NCBI GenBank assembly: GCA_965203495.1
Contig: CBDBDB010000003.1
Span: 11,297-75,296, forward strand
Length of the DNA stretch: 64,000 nt
Direction: 5' to 3'
Source: Candidatus Multivorans sp.
GTDB taxonomy: Bacteria; Acidobacteriota; Thermoanaerobaculia; Multivoradales; Multivoraceae
Shown piece by piece: positions 59,658-64,000 of this stretch. Position 1 is the stretch's first letter. Each line of letters starts with the position of its first letter. The notes under the pieces are model-generated. The model was not told the DNA's origin. It searched no databases and was given only the letters and a program-made list of their open reading frames with translations. The position numbers were made by a program, and so were the translations under genes.

Positions 59658-59993
59658 CTACTCCGCCGCCGCCAGGGCGTCGGCCTGCGTGTCGTGAATC
59701 CGGATGATGCGATTGAAGCCGCTGATCTCGAACACCGACAGAACGGGATCGCTCAGCGCGCAAAGAGAGATGCTCACGTTGCGCTGGCCAAGAGTCTTGG
59801 CGACCAGCAGGACCACTCTCAGGCCGGCGCTGCTGATGTAGGCGAGCTGAGCGAGATCAATGACCACGGCCTTGACCTCCTCGCCGATCGCCCCTTGCAG
59901 CTGGCGTTCGAAGTCCTGGGAGTTCGAACTGTCGACACGGCCGTCGACTCTGGCCACAAGAACCCTGTCGTGATGCTCCACCTGGACGTTCAT
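59658..59993 (-). CDS. STAS-domain anti-sigma-factor antagonist (RsbV/SpoIIAA-like)
   Basis: 111 aa. DLAQLAYISSAGLRVVLLVAK carries the conserved phosphorylatable Ser in the STAS motif. Confidence 0.8.
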   Translation of the reverse strand: MNVQVEHHDRVLVARVDGRVDSSNSQDFERQLQGAIGEEVKAVVIDLAQLAYISSAGLRVVLLVAKTLGQRNVSISLCALSDPVLSVFEISGFNRIIRIHDTQADALAAAE

Positions 59994-60225
59994 GCTCTCA
60001 GCCTCCCGTTGCAGTTCCTTCCGCCAGGCCGCGCCCGGTCAGATGCATTGCCTATCACATCCACCGCGACTCGCGCATCTCCGGCGCCCCGCCGCCGGTC
60101 GCGGGGCGCCGGCCGCCGCTTGGACGCCGTGACCCTCCGCCCCGTATCATCCTGCAAGACCGGCGGCGACGCGCCCAGGCGGCGCCGCGGTCGGCACTCG
60201 ACATCTCACAACAAGGAGCACGAAG

Positions 60226-60801
60226 ATGAACGGAGCGCGCTCCCACGGCCGGCAAGCCGGCTTCACCCTGATTGAACTCCTGATCGTCGTGGCGATCATC
60301 GGCATCATCTCCGCGCTGCTGGTGCCGAACCTGATGACCGGGCTGCAGAACGCGAACCAGACGCGCACCCAGGCCGACATGAAGGCCGTCGGCTCCGCCT
60401 GGATGCTGTGGCTGACCGACCAGGTCGGCGCCGCCGCGGCCGGATCGAGCACGACCGCCACGTTCAGCTGGAGCGAGTTCACCCATCCCGACTTCTCCCA
60501 CGCCGACCTCTCCGCCCTGCTCCGCCCGTCGAACGCCTTCTTCTACCTGCAGGACGTGCCCGAACGAGACGGCTGGAACAACCCCTACCGATTCGGCTTC
60601 GCCGGCGCGGACCAGCTGCTCGGCACTCAGGTCATCGGCATCTGGAGCGGTGGCCGCGACGGCTCGAACAGCGAACAGCCGCAGTCCACCTACGAGATCG
60701 GCGCGTTCCCCGGCAACGACTTCAACGAGGACCTGGTCTGGGCCGACGGCTACTGGGTGCGCTGGCCCGGCAGCGCCGCGGAAGCGTCGTCGGAACAGTA
60801 G
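60226..60801 (+). CDS. Prepilin-type N-terminal cleavage/methylation domain protein (type II secretion pseudopilin / type IV pilin-like)
   Basis: GFTLIELLIVVAIIGIISALLVPNL is the class III signal peptide (G|FTLIEL). Confidence 0.75.
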   Translation: MNGARSHGRQAGFTLIELLIVVAIIGIISALLVPNLMTGLQNANQTRTQADMKAVGSAWMLWLTDQVGAAAAGSSTTATFSWSEFTHPDFSHADLSALLRPSNAFFYLQDVPERDGWNNPYRFGFAGADQLLGTQVIGIWSGGRDGSNSEQPQSTYEIGAFPGNDFNEDLVWADGYWVRWPGSAAEASSEQ

Positions 60802-60845
60802 TTCGGAACCCGAGCGCAAGGGACAAGGGATAGGGTCCGGAGACG

Positions 60846-61538
60846 GTGGAATCCTGTTTCCTCTACTGGGACAACTCGAACATCCTTCACGAAGCTCAGC
60901 GACTCGCGGAGCAGAGGGAGGCCGGCCCCGATGCGCGCTACCGGGTTCGGATCAACTTCGAGAACATCCGGAGACTGACCGATGCCGGGCGGCACGTGGA
61001 GACGGCCTTCCTCGCGGGCTCGGTCCCGCCTGAGCTCCGCCAACTGTGGAATCGTCTGGAGGCTGACGGATGGAGGGTCCAGCTGTTCGACCGGGGCTCG
61101 CCCGGCCGCGGCGAGCAACAGATGCCCGATCACATTCTGCAACTGCGGATGTTGGAAGACGCCCTCGATTACAACGGCGACCCCGGCATCGCCGTCCTGT
61201 TGAGCGGGGACGGCGCGGGCTGCCGCGAAGGCGGCGGCTTTCATCGCACGCTCGAGCGGATGCACCGGAAAGGCTGGAGGATCGAGATCCTCTCGTGGGC
61301 GAACTCCTGCAACCAGCGGATGCGGCAGTGGGCTGAACGGAACGGCGTGTTCGTCGCCCTCGACGACTTCTACGAGTCCATCTCGTTTCTCGAACCATCC
61401 GCGCCTGGCCACGCGACCGCTTCGCCGCGCGAATCCTCGCCGCTCGATCTTTCCAGGCGGCCGATCTCTCGTTGCCGCGACTTCCCCGGTTCCGCGGGGG
61501 AGTCCGGTTCGACCGGCGGGTCCTCGAAGCGCTTGTAG
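60846..61538 (+). CDS. NYN-domain (PIN-like nuclease fold) protein
   Basis: FLYWDNSNI ... RINFENI ... AVLLSGDGAG ... GWRIEILSW matches the NYN/LabA-like block pattern. The C-terminal roughly 55 aa are low-complexity and overlap a convergent gene. Confidence 0.6.
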   Translation: MESCFLYWDNSNILHEAQRLAEQREAGPDARYRVRINFENIRRLTDAGRHVETAFLAGSVPPELRQLWNRLEADGWRVQLFDRGSPGRGEQQMPDHILQLRMLEDALDYNGDPGIAVLLSGDGAGCREGGGFHRTLERMHRKGWRIEILSWANSCNQRMRQWAERNGVFVALDDFYESISFLEPSAPGHATASPRESSPLDLSRRPISRCRDFPGSAGESGSTGGSSKRL

Positions 61539-61972
61539 TTCTTTCCGTAGTCCGGTCGGGTGCGGCGATGGCAGACGACGCAGGACATGTAGACCTGCTC
61601 GTTCAAGGCGACCAGCGCCTCGAGGTCCCGCTCGAGAGCGGCTTCCCAGGCCGCGACGCCGGCATCGAACATCAACCGGGCGTCGCGCATCCACTCGTCG
61701 CGGTCGCCGACCACGCGGCTCGGCATCATGATCAGGTTGGCCGACTCGGCCAGGAGGAGCGCCTGCGCCTGCAGTTCGTTCCACTCGACGTCGTTGGTCG
61801 GGGCCCGGCTCTCCACGTAGAGAATGGCGTCCGAAGCCGGATACAACAGCTTGATCATCAGTTCGCTCATCGTGCCGACGGGCGCCGGCTCGGGAACCGG
61901 TCCGTCGTCCCGCGCGGCCGCCGCGGCCGCGAAGACGGCCGCGAGCGCGGCGATTGCAATCCATCTCGGCAT
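61370..61972 (-). CDS. Exported mono-haem cytochrome c (class II / cytochrome c'-like, C-terminal CxxCH)
   Basis: Signal peptide (MPRWIAIAALAAVFAAAAAA), a helical region, and a single haem site (YMSCVVCHRRTRPDYG) near the C-terminus. Confidence 0.45.
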   Translation of the reverse strand: MPRWIAIAALAAVFAAAAAARDDGPVPEPAPVGTMSELMIKLLYPASDAILYVESRAPTNDVEWNELQAQALLLAESANLIMMPSRVVGDRDEWMRDARLMFDAGVAAWEAALERDLEALVALNEQVYMSCVVCHRRTRPDYGKNYKRFEDPPVEPDSPAEPGKSRQREIGRLERSSGEDSRGEAVAWPGADGSRNEMDS

Positions 61973-62037
61973 GCTGATGGGGCTATGATGGCACGATTCG
62001 GACAGCCAGTACACGACCCGGAGATGGAATCCCAGTC

Positions 62038-63285
62038 ATGAAGCACTACGTCCTCGGCCCCTCGGTCCTGTTCATCCTTGCCTCCTGCGCGCAGGAGGAC
62101 GCCATGCTGCGTCCCGGCGACAACGACCATGGAACGCTCCAGGAGGCGTTGCTGACGGCCGAGCCCGGCGCGGTCATCGAGCTTGCCGCCGGACGCTTCG
62201 AACTCGACGCCACCCTGTCGCTGGACGTCGAGGGCGTGACCCTGCGCGGCCAGGGGATGGACGACACGATCCTCGACTTCTCGTCGCAGGCCCCGGGGAC
62301 GGGCGGCGAGGGGATCCTCGCCACCGCCGACGACTTCACGGTCGAGAACCTCGCGGTCGAGAACACCAGGGGCGACGGCATCAAGGTGGAGGGCACCACC
62401 GGCGCCGCGTTCCGGAGCGTCCGCGTCGAATGGACGAACGGACCCGACACGAACAACGGCGCCTACGGGCTCTACCCGGTCCAGGTCACGAACGTGCTGA
62501 TCGAGGACAGCCGGGTTCGCGGCGCCTCGGACGCCGGCATCTACGTCGGTCAGTCCGCCAACGTCGTCGTCCGGCGCAACGAAGCCTGGGAGAACGTGGC
62601 CGGCATCGAGATCGAGAACACGACCGGCGCCGACGTCTACGGCAATCGGGCCCACGGCAACACCGGCGGTCTGCTCGTCTTCTCGCTGCCGGAACTGCCG
62701 GTCAAGGACGGCCGCGACGCGCGCGTCTACGACAACGACATCGTCGAGAACAATCTGCCGAACTTCGGCAAGGAAGGCGCGATCGTGTCGACGATCCCGG
62801 CCGGTTCGGGGGTGATCGTGATGGCGAGCGACAACGTCGAGCTGTTCGGGAACCGGATCCGCGACAACCAGAACTCGAACCTGGCGGTCCTCTCCTACCT
62901 CTCGACCGGACGCAACTACAACGACCCGGGCTACGACCCCTATACCGAGGGCGTCTACATTCACGACAACGAGTTCATCGGCGGCGGCGACAGCCCGAAC
63001 GGAGACTTCGCCGACGCCTTCGTCGCCCTGGCGGGCGGCGCCTTTCCGGACATCGTGTGGGACGGCGTCTCGAACCCGGACAAGCTGGTCGAAGGCGAAC
63101 TGCCCGCGGACCTGCGGCTGTACATCGAGAACAACGGCGACGCCGACTTCGTGAACCTCGACCTCGGATCCGTCTTCGCGGGCGGCGAACCGAACGTGAG
63201 CACGGACCTGGCGGCGCATCGGGGGGCGCTGCCGGCCGTGCCCCAGCCGGTCGATCTCGGCGCGGCGACCGGTGGCGCTCCGTAA
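62038..63285 (+). CDS. Right-handed parallel beta-helix repeat lipoprotein (TIGR03805-like)
   Basis: Lipobox (FILASC). Repeated beta-helix rungs (GIKVEGTTGAAFRSVRVEW ... GIYVGQSANVVVRRNEAWENVAGIEIENTTGADVYGNRAHGN ...). Confidence 0.7.
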   Translation: MKHYVLGPSVLFILASCAQEDAMLRPGDNDHGTLQEALLTAEPGAVIELAAGRFELDATLSLDVEGVTLRGQGMDDTILDFSSQAPGTGGEGILATADDFTVENLAVENTRGDGIKVEGTTGAAFRSVRVEWTNGPDTNNGAYGLYPVQVTNVLIEDSRVRGASDAGIYVGQSANVVVRRNEAWENVAGIEIENTTGADVYGNRAHGNTGGLLVFSLPELPVKDGRDARVYDNDIVENNLPNFGKEGAIVSTIPAGSGVIVMASDNVELFGNRIRDNQNSNLAVLSYLSTGRNYNDPGYDPYTEGVYIHDNEFIGGGDSPNGDFADAFVALAGGAFPDIVWDGVSNPDKLVEGELPADLRLYIENNGDADFVNLDLGSVFAGGEPNVSTDLAAHRGALPAVPQPVDLGAATGGAP

Positions 63286-64000
63286 CCGCGGGTCTTCCGA
63301 CCGGCCACGGCCGCCGCGGCCCCCAGGCCGGCGCGGCGCCGGCGGCGGGGTCCGCGCGCGACTCGCGACCGCGGCGCTGACGCTCGCCCTCGCCGGCTGC
63401 GCGGCTGGCGAGGCCGGTTCCGGACAGGGGCCGTTCGCCCGTTACCCGTCGCGGCTCTCGGCCTGGGGACTGTTCGCCGGAGAGCCGGCGAACCACATCC
63501 CGGACGCCGGCGTCGAGCCCTACGACCTGAACACCGCGCTGTTCTCGGACTACGCGCTGAAGTTCCGCTTCGTCCGCCTGCCGAGAGGAACCGACGACGC
63601 CGTCGAACCCGCGCTGTACCGCGAGGCGGGTCCGTTCGAGTTCCCGGTCGGCACGGTCATCTCGAAGACCTTCGCCTATCCCGCGGACCTCAGGGTTCCG
63701 GAAGAGGGTCTGCGGCCCCTGGAAACCAGGCTGCTCGTCCACGAAGCGGGCGGTTGGGTGGGCCTGCCGTACATCTGGAACGCCGAGCTGACGGACGCCG
63801 ACCTCGCGATCGTCGGCGGACCGATCGAGGCGTCATGGATCGATGCCCGGGGCGAGAGGATCCGGCACACCTACCGGGCGCCGAACGCGAACCAGTGCAA
63901 GACCTGCCACCGGACGGACGGCGAGCGGGTCCTGCCGATCGGCCCCCAGGCGGCGCAACTGAACCGCGAGTCCGCCTACCCGGCCGCCGACCGCGCGGCC
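63272..64000 (+). CDS. CxxCH-containing lipoprotein, HNE_0200/TIGR03806-like partner of the beta-helix gene; 3' end beyond the window
   Basis: Open frame with no stop to the window end. Lipobox (LTLALAGC). ... IWNAELTDADLAIVGGPIEASWIDARGERIRHTYRAPNANQCKTCHRTDGERVLPIGPQAAQLN carries a haem c motif. A GTG start at 63272 is tentative. Confidence 0.55.
   Translation, partial: MALRNRGSSDRPRPPRPPGRRGAGGGVRARLATAALTLALAGCAAGEAGSGQGPFARYPSRLSAWGLFAGEPANHIPDAGVEPYDLNTALFSDYALKFRFVRLPRGTDDAVEPALYREAGPFEFPVGTVISKTFAYPADLRVPEEGLRPLETRLLVHEAGGWVGLPYIWNAELTDADLAIVGGPIEASWIDARGERIRHTYRAPNANQCKTCHRTDGERVLPIGPQAAQLNRESAYPAADRAA

Overview
High-GC (about 70% G+C) bacterial chromosomal segment, densely coding on both strands. 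The many long antisense or alternative-frame ORFs in the track are GC artefacts. I found no rRNA, tRNA, CRISPR array or intact mobile element. Contents in order: a giant Calx-beta/PKD surface protein running in from upstream; a MATE efflux pump; DUF72; rpoD; an APH-like phosphotransferase; BolA; a 1-Cys peroxiredoxin; a TonB-dependent receptor preceded by a possible small Cys-rich secreted ORF; AroH-type chorismate mutase; a PVC-type haem/dehydrogenase-domain protein; a frameshifted UPF0261 gene; a tightly coupled amt / alpha-carbonic anhydrase pair; a methyltransferase, GT4 glycosyltransferase and Tat-exported Gfo/Idh/MocA oxidoreductase; a vapC remnant; pyrR-pyrB-pyrC; smc; a haem-c/PHM-like copper monooxygenase fusion; a GldG-type ABC-2 transporter set with DUF4340 and a TMEM220-like protein; an Eis-like GNAT; DUF2911; a MacAB-like ABC efflux set; a pseudopilin, a NYN protein, a cytochrome c; and a parallel-beta-helix / HNE_0200-like pair at the window end. 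The most unusual locus is a roughly 8.3-kb respiratory operon on the minus strand (31727 down to 23452). Alternative-complex-III membrane genes actC-actD-actF are fused directly to an aa3-type haem-copper oxidase (ctaD-ctaE-ctaF-orf-ctaC, with the CuA subunit last). There is no room for actA, actB or actE, and a cupredoxin-like (type-1 copper motif) protein sits in the actE position, with a lipoprotein paralogue encoded divergently. A second locus of interest is a complete signalling cascade: a frameshifted LivK-like binding protein, a sensor kinase, a REC-PP2C phosphatase, an RsbW-like kinase and a STAS protein.
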